Positions 19,601 through 28,068 of a DNA stretch of 64,000 nt are shown here, one piece after another. The position numbers were made by a program, and so were the translations under genes. The DNA is from a virus. Below the pieces are notes generated by a model. It did not search any database. It was not told where the DNA came from and saw nothing but the letters and a program-made list of their open reading frames with translations. Each line of letters begins with the position of its first letter. Positions within the stretch are counted from its first letter, which is position 1. The stretch lies in the IMG/VR virus record IMGVR_UViG_3300037067_015055; one strand, written 5' to 3'.

Positions 19601-21771
19601 ACATTATGGTTCGCCCACCTGGTTACAATAAGGTTCCAAGCTCAGTCTTTTACAAGATGTTTAAGGACAGAGATACTAGTGGTGTGAAAGTTTTCCCAGA
19701 CTTTCTAGAGAGCCTATTTCACAACCAAGTAAAAGACATAGTAAATCAGATAGCTGTCGTTGAGGATAATATTCGTTTGAGAGCAGTTGCGTTAGGAGCC
19801 GTAACTGAAGTAGATATGGTGAATTTGATTGGGCCGCCAACTAGGTCTGGTAACTTCAGTTTCTTAACCAATAGAGAAGATGGGTCTACTCTAAACTTGT
19901 TACAGTTTTTCAATCAATCAAATCCAGATAGAGACCAAGATCCAACGACGGCTTTATTGAAGAGTCTGTCTCATGACCAAAAGGTAATTTCCACTCAGGT
20001 AAAGAATTCAAAGCTATTTACTGTGAGCACTCAGGCAGGTGCGTATTTTTCCAAACTAGCGCCTAATCCAGATACACAAAAGGCTGCGCTGGATGTGGTG
20101 AGAGAGAGGTTGAAAATTGCCACTGGATCCGAGCCTCCAACCATTGATCAGTTATTTTCCAGTAAGCAATTCGCGCGTATTGGTAGCCGAAGCCAATTGG
20201 ACAAAATTGCGATCATTGGACAAATAGCTCAATTCGTATCCCAGCGTCAATCGTTGCTTAAGTCTGCAATCAATTCCATCAAGAATCTAGAAGAAGGCGT
20301 CAGCGTCAACTCACTAGATTTGAACAAAAATGGCCTAAGCAACAAAACGGTCAAGGCGGCAGTGGCCCCATTCTTAAACCGCAAGACTGCCATTCCTCAA
20401 ATTATCGAGCATATGATAGAGTATGAAGACGAAGATGACTTGGGGCCAGGCTCTGGGCGTCGTTTCGTGCTTACTGCCGATAGGATTGTAAGCCTAACAA
20501 TTTCAGAAAACCCACCGCCATTTACGATGGTGTCTGTGAACGGATTGTTTGGCCAGGGCTTTGCAGACCCTCCTGGTGGCATGAAGACGTCTAATGATGG
20601 AAATGCTGTTACTTCAGCGTACGCTGTCGATTATGATATGTGGTATCAATATGGATTCAGAGCGCCACAATCTATCGAAGCTCCATTCTTTAAAGATCCT
20701 GATTCCCAATGCGCTCCATATGCGGTTGCGGCCCTTTTAGAGGCTCGTGAAAACATTCTACAAGGTTCAGTTGGGGTGGCTGGATATAACGAATACTATC
20801 AGCCTGGTGACGTTGTATACATCGAAGACAGGAATCTATTGTTCTACGTGAAGTCGGTAAGCCATTCGTGTTCGTATGGAAATCTAGCCACTTCTCTTGA
20901 ACTAACTTACGGCCATAGCCCTGGAGAGTATATTCCCACAATGTTAGATATTGTTGGTAAGATTTTGTATGCTTCTAAGGGATTCTTTGATCAACACAGA
21001 ACTGAAAGAACAGATATGCATGGAGATGCTAGGTCGCTTGGGGCTTTGACATTTGTCTCATCTATTGCCGCACAAACTTCAGCGCAAGGCAATGAGACTA
21101 GAATGAATGAGGGTGATGATCCTCTATCACTTCTACTTACTGGGCATTATGGAGAGCGAAATAAGAATGTTCTTAGCAACGTTCTATTTTCGGTTAGTGG
21201 AAGCTTGAATCGAATCAATTTTCAGAAGCAAAAAACACGCATCAAATTAGTGTACTACAAGACATATAATTCATATGATGTGGATATGTTGAATATAGCG
21301 ATGGCTGTAAAAGATTGGCTTATACATCCAGAAAGCAGTTCGGTTTCCGGAAGCCTTAGCCCTATAAAGCTAAATATTAGTAGCTCTCAGAAAGCACAGA
21401 CGTTCGGGATAAATGAATCAGACATTATTATTGAAGAAGTAGATTTTAGCGATCCTATAAAACAGACAAGGCGCAAAATGTATCCAAGAGAGACTGAACC
21501 TGTAGAAAATTCTCAAGGTCCATCATCAGCTGCTATTTCTACCACAAAGGCTGTGAACTTGTCTGATTTATCTCCGGGGAACTTCAGATCATTCTTAGCA
21601 AATACAATCATAGATATTTTTGTAGATTTTGAAGTTGTTACAAAAACAAATAGTAAATCTTCTGGTAACAGCCAAGCTGAGCAAAGAGCCAATGATTCAA
21701 TAGAAGTCGCTCGTGGGGCTGCCGCAAATTCTGATAATTCTGCCAATACCTCATCCGCTGGGAGCAAATAA
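16675..21771 (+). CDS. Giant virion structural protein (1698 aa), possibly baseplate hub or ejected protein; contains coiled-coil-like central segment
   Basis: Uninterrupted 5.1 kb ORF in baseplate module ahead of central spike; no specific motif recognised. Confidence 0.35.
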   Translation: MSFLSSLGGILNDQFGIGENTSHSLGTADGGAYARLGDYADKFDQTAERNYIEDGFIRDIRPRKRSILFQQPDFYVVIKKRMFSTLVDNAKLDVLEEKEKTLIKATKRLFQNKCRILAAYEKLTKIEQLTVESGRFNTILGPELLNLIDLGNESGLFTALGAGGLSPATKSAIDTLRKVISYSEPGAYSNWTTNDYDAVFGKDVGEGPGTFELTNIASVRTTVSTEWGGGSATVTLEDPYNLLTIRESDIDQALTDVANPMRTGSYYKFVETELQKTIDKFKTDLSIERSLRGASQITFKLSPGTVLSNRVRAILDDEGREILFTYSTGVNNFLSSIGNSKNISQVFSSVSNVFSTGSVSIEPQFLAGNPSGNIGENNQLTQSEQKKFNQIISDIFTMLAQHETSQREMKRRTLDVNYARNRMRLFFNGKYIVQPMDTISIWMTSRTGEDMRMPGGFQKQNNELGLGLVQKFDTIIKNINGAINSLTAKPNQSYDDLERLSVVGPDMPSWLWRMFRQDITGQPTGPCIFSGIVGKGNQGVSGEWGDGKWTISFTCEDHTGYFSKSMVNFKPSSDVFNASIYDPLTPFDVSFDAATGAAITDPNSGGIPPLLPENQRLLDSGMLIFRSGPNKGTPATSGLYTHAPREISFDTWRKVLHDPPGLVYRWKQGIQSLTFTQRPNSQTNTDHERAVLLTAKPFAGQDVMNVISLLITGMPYNYSTFLRAAIENGNSLGVRDGLNNIPAASTYIQGLLAEIDRNNLIWGNFTPHKQLVVNQSAEQFIAQQRLEVVTQNSKLNQLLNELARTQDQLALSQKDDVVQGVTNHSTVQDVVYSTKIKSLQDQISTEQKNFMQLTDPLLSNPDIGLTIIGNDVNTDASVTDSNSGTNLNQQQRDDLQLRQRLFAMTARRYWQVRANQDRNLFIVDDQYDKNFDIMAFERKIGNSIEIFNSQYSNIGEQISQVKKLLSLECFANTQGHIMVRPPGYNKVPSSVFYKMFKDRDTSGVKVFPDFLESLFHNQVKDIVNQIAVVEDNIRLRAVALGAVTEVDMVNLIGPPTRSGNFSFLTNREDGSTLNLLQFFNQSNPDRDQDPTTALLKSLSHDQKVISTQVKNSKLFTVSTQAGAYFSKLAPNPDTQKAALDVVRERLKIATGSEPPTIDQLFSSKQFARIGSRSQLDKIAIIGQIAQFVSQRQSLLKSAINSIKNLEEGVSVNSLDLNKNGLSNKTVKAAVAPFLNRKTAIPQIIEHMIEYEDEDDLGPGSGRRFVLTADRIVSLTISENPPPFTMVSVNGLFGQGFADPPGGMKTSNDGNAVTSAYAVDYDMWYQYGFRAPQSIEAPFFKDPDSQCAPYAVAALLEARENILQGSVGVAGYNEYYQPGDVVYIEDRNLLFYVKSVSHSCSYGNLATSLELTYGHSPGEYIPTMLDIVGKILYASKGFFDQHRTERTDMHGDARSLGALTFVSSIAAQTSAQGNETRMNEGDDPLSLLLTGHYGERNKNVLSNVLFSVSGSLNRINFQKQKTRIKLVYYKTYNSYDVDMLNIAMAVKDWLIHPESSSVSGSLSPIKLNISSSQKAQTFGINESDIIIEEVDFSDPIKQTRRKMYPRETEPVENSQGPSSAAISTTKAVNLSDLSPGNFRSFLANTIIDIFVDFEVVTKTNSKSSGNSQAEQRANDSIEVARGAAANSDNSANTSSAGSK

Positions 21772-23774
21772 TGACAAGGGTAGGATCAGTACATGGGCTT
21801 CCAATTCGTGGAGTAATCCAAAGCGTTGATCTGGAGAGAGGATTGGCAATGATTAAATTGCCTCTTACATCTTCTTCAACTCTTCAACCCATCAAATTAC
21901 CAGTTGGATGGATAGGTCCTCGCGGGCAAATTTCTTGTGGTTATCCTCAGAAAGGAACCAATTTATTTGTAGTTATGGGTCAAGGTAACGAATGGATTTT
22001 TGTTAGCTATGACCAACCAGATACCATTTCTACTTATGATGCTGATGGTGTTCGCCGTATTTCTATGAGTAAGCTGCGTGAAGGACGTTGGCTTACCTTG
22101 GTAGAAAATGATGTTGCCCTCATTGTAGACCCGAAAAGCGGAGTAATTCAAGGAGGGTCTACTGCCTTTACTCAAGCCGATTCTGTGCACGGGATTTGGA
22201 GTTCTAGGTTTCCTCAACAGATGCACTTTACTGAGGCTCACCGGGAAATTACCGGAATTGTATTACGAGATATTGATTCCAATCATATTAGGAATCTAGT
22301 TGGTTCTTCCCTGACCGATCATCCATATAATTCCACCCTACTACCAATTGGGTTGGACCCAAGTACACATCCATCTGTATCAGATTCGGTAAACCGAAAC
22401 CCAGCGCTCGCTGAAAGTCGAAAGATGTTTTACGAGTTTGCAGATAGTTTTGGTTATACAGATGACACAACGGAAGAGCGATTGTTTGCTGGAGAAGACT
22501 TACAAAAATCAAAAGCCTTTCAGCGCAAGAAGAGCCGTACCGATACTATGAGCTTGAGTTTAGATCAACCAAACTATCTTGCCGAAATGATTGTTGGCAC
22601 TGTGGTAGATATCTTTGGGAATATTCTAGACCTAAATAGAAATGTTTTACCTAGTGGTGAAGATGCCTTGTCACTTAGGAATTCGGCTGACGATCAAAAT
22701 ATTTCATTTGCAAAACTCAAAGGACAGCTTCGTAAGAGCATTGCGTATCACTTCGAGATTAATGCACGCAAAGATGGACTGGATTTACCAGATTATTCTG
22801 ATGTGAGTGATTACGCCAGAAAACGCAGTCGATTCTTCTTTGATATCGATAAAGAAGGTCAATTCAAGATGAATGTTCCGGCGTCTAGCGAGACTGGCAA
22901 CATTCCTGTTTTGGTAAGGCACGAGAATTTTTCTAATATCATTGGTTTTATAGAAAAGGATGATCGTGGAAAATTCTTATACAACGTTACCGATCATACC
23001 GATGTACAGCTTGAGCCACATGGTAAAGGGGTTATTGCGCTAACAAGCACTGAGGATGATCTCAAGACTTTTGCAGCTCCGGTAAGCAGATTAGATGGTA
23101 ATGTAATTAAGCTTGGAACTGGCTTCCATGACATTTCAAATACTCTATTTTTACATAAGTTAGACAAACCATATTCAAGCAGTAAGGGCACTGGTGGATA
23201 TGACTCAAGTTTACTAAATTTTGTTTCACCAGTTATCGATGTTGTATCTGGTGAAATTATTGTTTCCGGTCAGGGGGCGAATGCCGGCGGACGAAGCGGA
23301 ACATTGTCTTTGGACGGAATGCTTTCTGTGAGCATTGGTGCGAATACGATAGACCGTCAGAGTTTATGGTTGGATTGTGCCGGTGGCATTGTGTCAGCCA
23401 TTGGACGTGATATTTATGATCGTTCTGTGGCGGCAACTTTGGATGGTGATTTGTTGATGCAGGTGGGTGGCCCAACGGTAAATGACGATTCTAGATTCCC
23501 CTCAGGGAACTTTAATAATGAGGCTAGAGATGGAATTATCGATATTAGGGTGTGGAACTCTGGCAGTTTTCATACCATCAGGATTGATCCTCAGGGAATA
23601 AAAATCCATACTCCTCAAAGGATTGATATAGTAAGCGAAGGAGATATGAGATTCAAATCCGTAAATAGCAATATATATTTCGATGCTGAAGGTATTTATT
23701 TCTATCCATCAGATGGGGCTACTGGCAGATTAGTATTGAGGTCCACTGAAGGCGCAGTCGGAAGGACTATCTAA
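21771..23774 (+). CDS. Baseplate central spike protein, gpV/gp5/VgrG-like N-terminal OB-fold domain (667 aa)
   Basis: N-terminus LPIRGVIQSVDLERGLAMIKLP...PIKLPVGWIGPRGQ...GTNLFVVMGQGNEWIFVSY matches the phage_base_V pattern (G.V..VD...g...V.lp.....s.W.pv......G...P..G..V.v.f..Gd...g...G). Confidence 0.6.
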   Translation: MTRVGSVHGLPIRGVIQSVDLERGLAMIKLPLTSSSTLQPIKLPVGWIGPRGQISCGYPQKGTNLFVVMGQGNEWIFVSYDQPDTISTYDADGVRRISMSKLREGRWLTLVENDVALIVDPKSGVIQGGSTAFTQADSVHGIWSSRFPQQMHFTEAHREITGIVLRDIDSNHIRNLVGSSLTDHPYNSTLLPIGLDPSTHPSVSDSVNRNPALAESRKMFYEFADSFGYTDDTTEERLFAGEDLQKSKAFQRKKSRTDTMSLSLDQPNYLAEMIVGTVVDIFGNILDLNRNVLPSGEDALSLRNSADDQNISFAKLKGQLRKSIAYHFEINARKDGLDLPDYSDVSDYARKRSRFFFDIDKEGQFKMNVPASSETGNIPVLVRHENFSNIIGFIEKDDRGKFLYNVTDHTDVQLEPHGKGVIALTSTEDDLKTFAAPVSRLDGNVIKLGTGFHDISNTLFLHKLDKPYSSSKGTGGYDSSLLNFVSPVIDVVSGEIIVSGQGANAGGRSGTLSLDGMLSVSIGANTIDRQSLWLDCAGGIVSAIGRDIYDRSVAATLDGDLLMQVGGPTVNDDSRFPSGNFNNEARDGIIDIRVWNSGSFHTIRIDPQGIKIHTPQRIDIVSEGDMRFKSVNSNIYFDAEGIYFYPSDGATGRLVLRSTEGAVGRTI

Positions 23775-23782
23775 GGTGAATC

Positions 23783-25915
23783 ATGGTTTGCAATCCAGCT
23801 GATACTAACATTACGATGAGACCGCCAGGACCAGGCCCTTCCATTCCTGGTTTGGGGTTACCATTCTCTGTGCCTAAGATTCCTTTTCCTGACCTCTCTC
23901 TTCCAGAAGGCGTTCCAGAAGATTTGATTGAGTTGATCAATACCATCTTTGCTATGCTTCCTGGTGGTATCAAGTTTCAGCCAGACACAGACTCGATGAC
24001 TAAGGGAATTTGGGATGCTCTTGCTAGTTTATTCAATAAGCTAGCGCCGTTTTTGGGGATATATAAATTCTTTCAGGCATTGCTAAATATGATTCTGTGT
24101 ATCATTGATGTATTCTGTGCCCTAATGAATCCTTGGTCTACACTCCGAGCTGTTAGACGATTGTTTAAAAGATGTCTACCGGAATTCTTATCGTTATTTC
24201 CATGGATTGCTCTTTTGATAATGATCTTAGCATTGATACTTTTGATCATCGCATTGATCGAATATATAATCTCTGTCATTATTGCCTACATCAAGCAGAT
24301 TATTAAAAACCTGAAAATCTTAGCGCGAGCAATACAAGTACATGACGAGCAGGCGATTTTGGCGGCTGTTCAAAAAATATCATTTCTACTGTGTCTTATC
24401 GAGCAGTTATTCACAATACTTATGGGTATTGCGGCTCTGCTGGCTATCATTGAGCCTTTGATGGGTATTCTTGGCCGCTCCGTATGTAGTGGCGGAGATA
24501 GACATGGAAATGGGGCTGGGGATTGTTGTACACCAGATTTTTGCCCATCTTTCATTCGTAACAATCCAGATGGTTTGACGCAAACTACTGGGCGTCTGAT
24601 TTACCAGAGCGAAATTGATCCCCTGATACCTTCAGATCCTATATTTAATTTTATGAGAGGCGCGAACGTTCAGGCGATTCGGCCGCAGCGTTGGCAATTT
24701 GCAGATGATCATCCAACCGAATATAAGTTCTTGGATATTATAACTCCGTCTCCTGAATATGGTTTTATCTATTGGCCAAATAATGACGTGTTTACTAGAG
24801 ATGCGGCGCTAATTCGAGTTCCGTATAAATTAGATATGACTATGCGAATTGATCCTGCACATTTCGGAAATCCATCTGATATTAATGGTAGTCGTCTTTT
24901 TAATATTCGGGATGTTATTGTAACAACCAAACCAACTCAGACAGCAATAGCCTGGAATAATTCCGCTGATTATAGTACGACATTTTCTGGCTGCTTAAAC
25001 TTGGTTGGTGGTTTGGTATACGAATTTACCAATGATGGATATGTTCCATATCTAATCAATGGAGTACAAGCTTCTCTTGAGACTCTGATATCAAAGCCAG
25101 CTCAAAATATGGAGCAGCTGCCAGATTATGATGATGGTTATAATTTCCGAGATATCAATTATCAATTAAAAGTAAATCACGAAGTATTGATTCAATATGG
25201 TTTAATTGGATTGATGTGTCAACCAGATACTGCCTCAGAATCTGCAGTTCTGAATGCTGAGTATAATGATATGCGAAGCGTCATGGATAAGGTTGGCCCA
25301 TTGCCGGCCGTGAATGATACGATATCATGTTTGACACAAGCCCTTGCTAAATTCAGGGGAGATTTAAATGAGGATACGGCAGCTATCTTCCAACAAGAGG
25401 CGGTAGGCTGTCTGAATGCGCTTAAGGCTCAATCTCTTGATTTCTATGCTCGTGGTACGGCTGCTGCAACAGATCGTTTTTCTAGTGACTTCGAGTTGTA
25501 CCCAAATGTACAATTCATAAATAATGATATCAAGGTAACGGTTCGTTTACGAGATAAGTCTGGGAATCAGTTGGCTACCAATATTAATGCTGAAGCGGCG
25601 GATGGTTTGAGTTCTAAGATACGTGCAGTTCCTACTTTTGGAGAGGTGTCTGAATTTACCTACGATGGATATGGAGATTTTGTTGCTAAGTTACAAAGTA
25701 AGAATGCTGGTATAGGAGAAATTCGTGCGTATATTAATAATGAAGTGATTGCTTCTGTGCTCAATCGAGATGATGACAATGCTCCAAGTGAGATTGCTGA
25801 TCGCGTTATTACATATGAATTCATTGACAAGATATCTTACTCGTATCGTGGCGACGCAGGGGATTATGTCAAGAAGAAGTTTGATGAGTCTGATGTAGCT
25901 GAGGATGGTTCATAA
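23783..25915 (+). CDS. Polytopic membrane protein (710 aa; at least 3-4 strongly hydrophobic helices between residues ~85 and 225) embedded in the baseplate module
   Basis: Hydrophobic runs LNMILCIIDVFCALM, FPWIALLIMILALILLIIALIEYIISVIIAYI and FLLCLIEQLFTILMGIAALLAIIEPLMGIL seen in translation; Pro/Gly-rich N-terminus; about 480-aa soluble C-terminal part. Confidence 0.5.
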   Translation: MVCNPADTNITMRPPGPGPSIPGLGLPFSVPKIPFPDLSLPEGVPEDLIELINTIFAMLPGGIKFQPDTDSMTKGIWDALASLFNKLAPFLGIYKFFQALLNMILCIIDVFCALMNPWSTLRAVRRLFKRCLPEFLSLFPWIALLIMILALILLIIALIEYIISVIIAYIKQIIKNLKILARAIQVHDEQAILAAVQKISFLLCLIEQLFTILMGIAALLAIIEPLMGILGRSVCSGGDRHGNGAGDCCTPDFCPSFIRNNPDGLTQTTGRLIYQSEIDPLIPSDPIFNFMRGANVQAIRPQRWQFADDHPTEYKFLDIITPSPEYGFIYWPNNDVFTRDAALIRVPYKLDMTMRIDPAHFGNPSDINGSRLFNIRDVIVTTKPTQTAIAWNNSADYSTTFSGCLNLVGGLVYEFTNDGYVPYLINGVQASLETLISKPAQNMEQLPDYDDGYNFRDINYQLKVNHEVLIQYGLIGLMCQPDTASESAVLNAEYNDMRSVMDKVGPLPAVNDTISCLTQALAKFRGDLNEDTAAIFQQEAVGCLNALKAQSLDFYARGTAAATDRFSSDFELYPNVQFINNDIKVTVRLRDKSGNQLATNINAEAADGLSSKIRAVPTFGEVSEFTYDGYGDFVAKLQSKNAGIGEIRAYINNEVIASVLNRDDDNAPSEIADRVITYEFIDKISYSYRGDAGDYVKKKFDESDVAEDGS

Positions 25916-27570
25916 TGGATGTGACTATTAAAGATTTGATGAGCAGTCATATAAAAGACTATCTTCCAAAAGATCCTTTGGAAGACACCAATTCTGTTGA
26001 TTTAGATATTGGTAATTTGGTAGCTAAATTCATAAATCCAATTGATATGTTTCGCAGCTTTACCACACCAAATGTTGTTGGAGACTTGGTTCAAAATCAG
26101 TTAGTCCCAGCTAAGCTGCCACAAGAAAGCCGATGTCATGCGTTTTATCGTATGCTTGGACTTCCGTCAATTGATGCTGATGGGAATCTATTTAGTCCAG
26201 GTTTTCCGTTGAGGGATCAAGATCAACAAGCTGATATAAATAAAAACATCAGCCAATCATTGAAAGAGGTGATTGCAAGGCGAGAATTTGATGCACAATC
26301 TAGGTTAGCTGTATTTTCTTCACCTAGTGCTGATACTACCATATTCAGTCTTTCGATGGCTATACCTGGTGGGCAACGATCGTTTGCGATAACACCGGGG
26401 GATTTAGTGACTGTGGATGCGACACCAAAACCAATTCCTGCCCGCACGCAATACATCAATAAGATATACTCTAATACCGACGGGTCTGTGATTGAGAATA
26501 AGTTTGAAGCCGTGTCACATATTCTCGCTCCGTTTATAACAGATCTGGTGATTGCGAATAATGTTGAACCAAAATCTGGATCAAATAGTGTTCTTGTAGG
26601 TAAGCCATTTTTGAACAAGAAAGATCTTGAATTTGAGTCCGGAAAATATGTGTCGCGTCCAGGTCTGGAATTTATTCTGCGCATTAGACTTCGAGAACAG
26701 AATCTTTATGATAATCTTTTGCGCGCAAGTGCGGTTGGCAGTGTAACTCCTGAATTTGCTAAGACAGAGACCGGATTAATAGAACTTGGTGTTACTGAGC
26801 AAGACGCCAAGGCATTGTTTGAAACTGGTTTAGTGGATAGACGTACTGTGTTTGAATTATTGCAGACATTCAAAGGTATCATAAAGCTGTATTACCAAGC
26901 TCTAAAGGAAATGGAAGAGGTTAGCAGTAAAATAATGTGGGCCCCATTACCAGGAATTGGAGGGCCAGAGTCTGGAACTGAGGTTTCAACAAGCTATATA
27001 AAGCCAATAAAGTTTTTGGATATGTGGGAAATTGAAAAAAGGATTTCAGGCCTAAAAGTCAAATCCCTATTAGCTGACTATCAAGTAGATATTGGAAAGA
27101 ATGATGATGACTCTACCTTGAATTATAGTGACTTCACCATTTCTGAGTTCCAAAATGTATCAGCCGAATTTTCAAAAGATCTTTCAGAGCAAGAGTCACA
27201 GAGAAACAACTTAGAGGCCAGAGGAAGTAGTGCTCTAAAGACCATTGAATTGATGAGCGGTGATGTGAGTGGCTTGGGACTTATCGATATTATTGCTGTT
27301 TATGTATCTCTTTGGTCAATGAAAACATCAGATCTTTTGAATTTGATTGATGATGCTGCTGCTAAAAGACTTGATTCTATTCCAGAATTACGCAACAAAG
27401 ACACGAAGGAACGAGCTGAAAAGATAGGTAATGCCACCGCTGCATATAATGAATTGGCTACTCGTATTTCTGATGTTCTGTCACAGGGGGATAAAATATT
27501 AGCTGATTTGAGAGGATCCCCAAAAAAGAGTGGTTTTGGGAATGTGGCGGCTAATCAACGTAAGGGATAA
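25915..27570 (+). CDS. Hypothetical baseplate protein (551 aa)
   Basis: ATGG overlap with upstream gene; located between spike region and gp25-like gene. Confidence 0.3.
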   Translation: MDVTIKDLMSSHIKDYLPKDPLEDTNSVDLDIGNLVAKFINPIDMFRSFTTPNVVGDLVQNQLVPAKLPQESRCHAFYRMLGLPSIDADGNLFSPGFPLRDQDQQADINKNISQSLKEVIARREFDAQSRLAVFSSPSADTTIFSLSMAIPGGQRSFAITPGDLVTVDATPKPIPARTQYINKIYSNTDGSVIENKFEAVSHILAPFITDLVIANNVEPKSGSNSVLVGKPFLNKKDLEFESGKYVSRPGLEFILRIRLREQNLYDNLLRASAVGSVTPEFAKTETGLIELGVTEQDAKALFETGLVDRRTVFELLQTFKGIIKLYYQALKEMEEVSSKIMWAPLPGIGGPESGTEVSTSYIKPIKFLDMWEIEKRISGLKVKSLLADYQVDIGKNDDDSTLNYSDFTISEFQNVSAEFSKDLSEQESQRNNLEARGSSALKTIELMSGDVSGLGLIDIIAVYVSLWSMKTSDLLNLIDDAAAKRLDSIPELRNKDTKERAEKIGNATAAYNELATRISDVLSQGDKILADLRGSPKKSGFGNVAANQRKG

Positions 27571-27584
27571 TTGCGCATAATACT

Positions 27585-28013
27585 ATGTCCTTTGACTTGA
27601 AACTTTTTGGGGGTGATCTAGAGATATCCAATGGTGATTTTGCCATTGTGGAAGATGCTGATAAGCTAACTCAAGATATACTTAAATTGGTTAGCACTCA
27701 ACTTGGCTCAAACCCATTCTTTCCCTCTTATGGGTCCCCCATTAGCCAGGCTTTGATTGGTACTAGCGAGTTGAGTTTTGCGCAGGAGGTGGCCACCCAA
27801 CAACTCAAGGCAAGCATTGAGCGGCTAAAGGATCTTCAGCAAGATCAGATGAGGAACAACCAGATTGTAACTCCTCAAGAGCAGATTGCCATCATCCGAG
27901 ACGTATACGTCAACCAAGCCAAAGATGATCCTAGATATTACTATGTGAATTTGACAGTTATCAATAAAGCTTTTCAAAGCGTACCTATTTCCTTTGCTGT
28001 AGTAACTAGCTAA
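27585..28013 (+). CDS. Baseplate wedge protein, gp25/GPW-family (lysozyme-like fold)
   Basis: MSFDLKLFGGDLEISNGDFAIVEDADKLTQDILKLVSTQLGSNPFFPSYGSPISQAL matches the GPW_gp25 signature (G.....L.T..Ge....P.fGs.l); 142 aa; immediately upstream of J-like gene. Confidence 0.8.
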   Translation: MSFDLKLFGGDLEISNGDFAIVEDADKLTQDILKLVSTQLGSNPFFPSYGSPISQALIGTSELSFAQEVATQQLKASIERLKDLQQDQMRNNQIVTPQEQIAIIRDVYVNQAKDDPRYYYVNLTVINKAFQSVPISFAVVTS

Positions 28014-28068
28014 TAATCCGGTATTCTGGGAGCAGTGGATATATGCTATTTTGTATCTTTGAGGTAAC

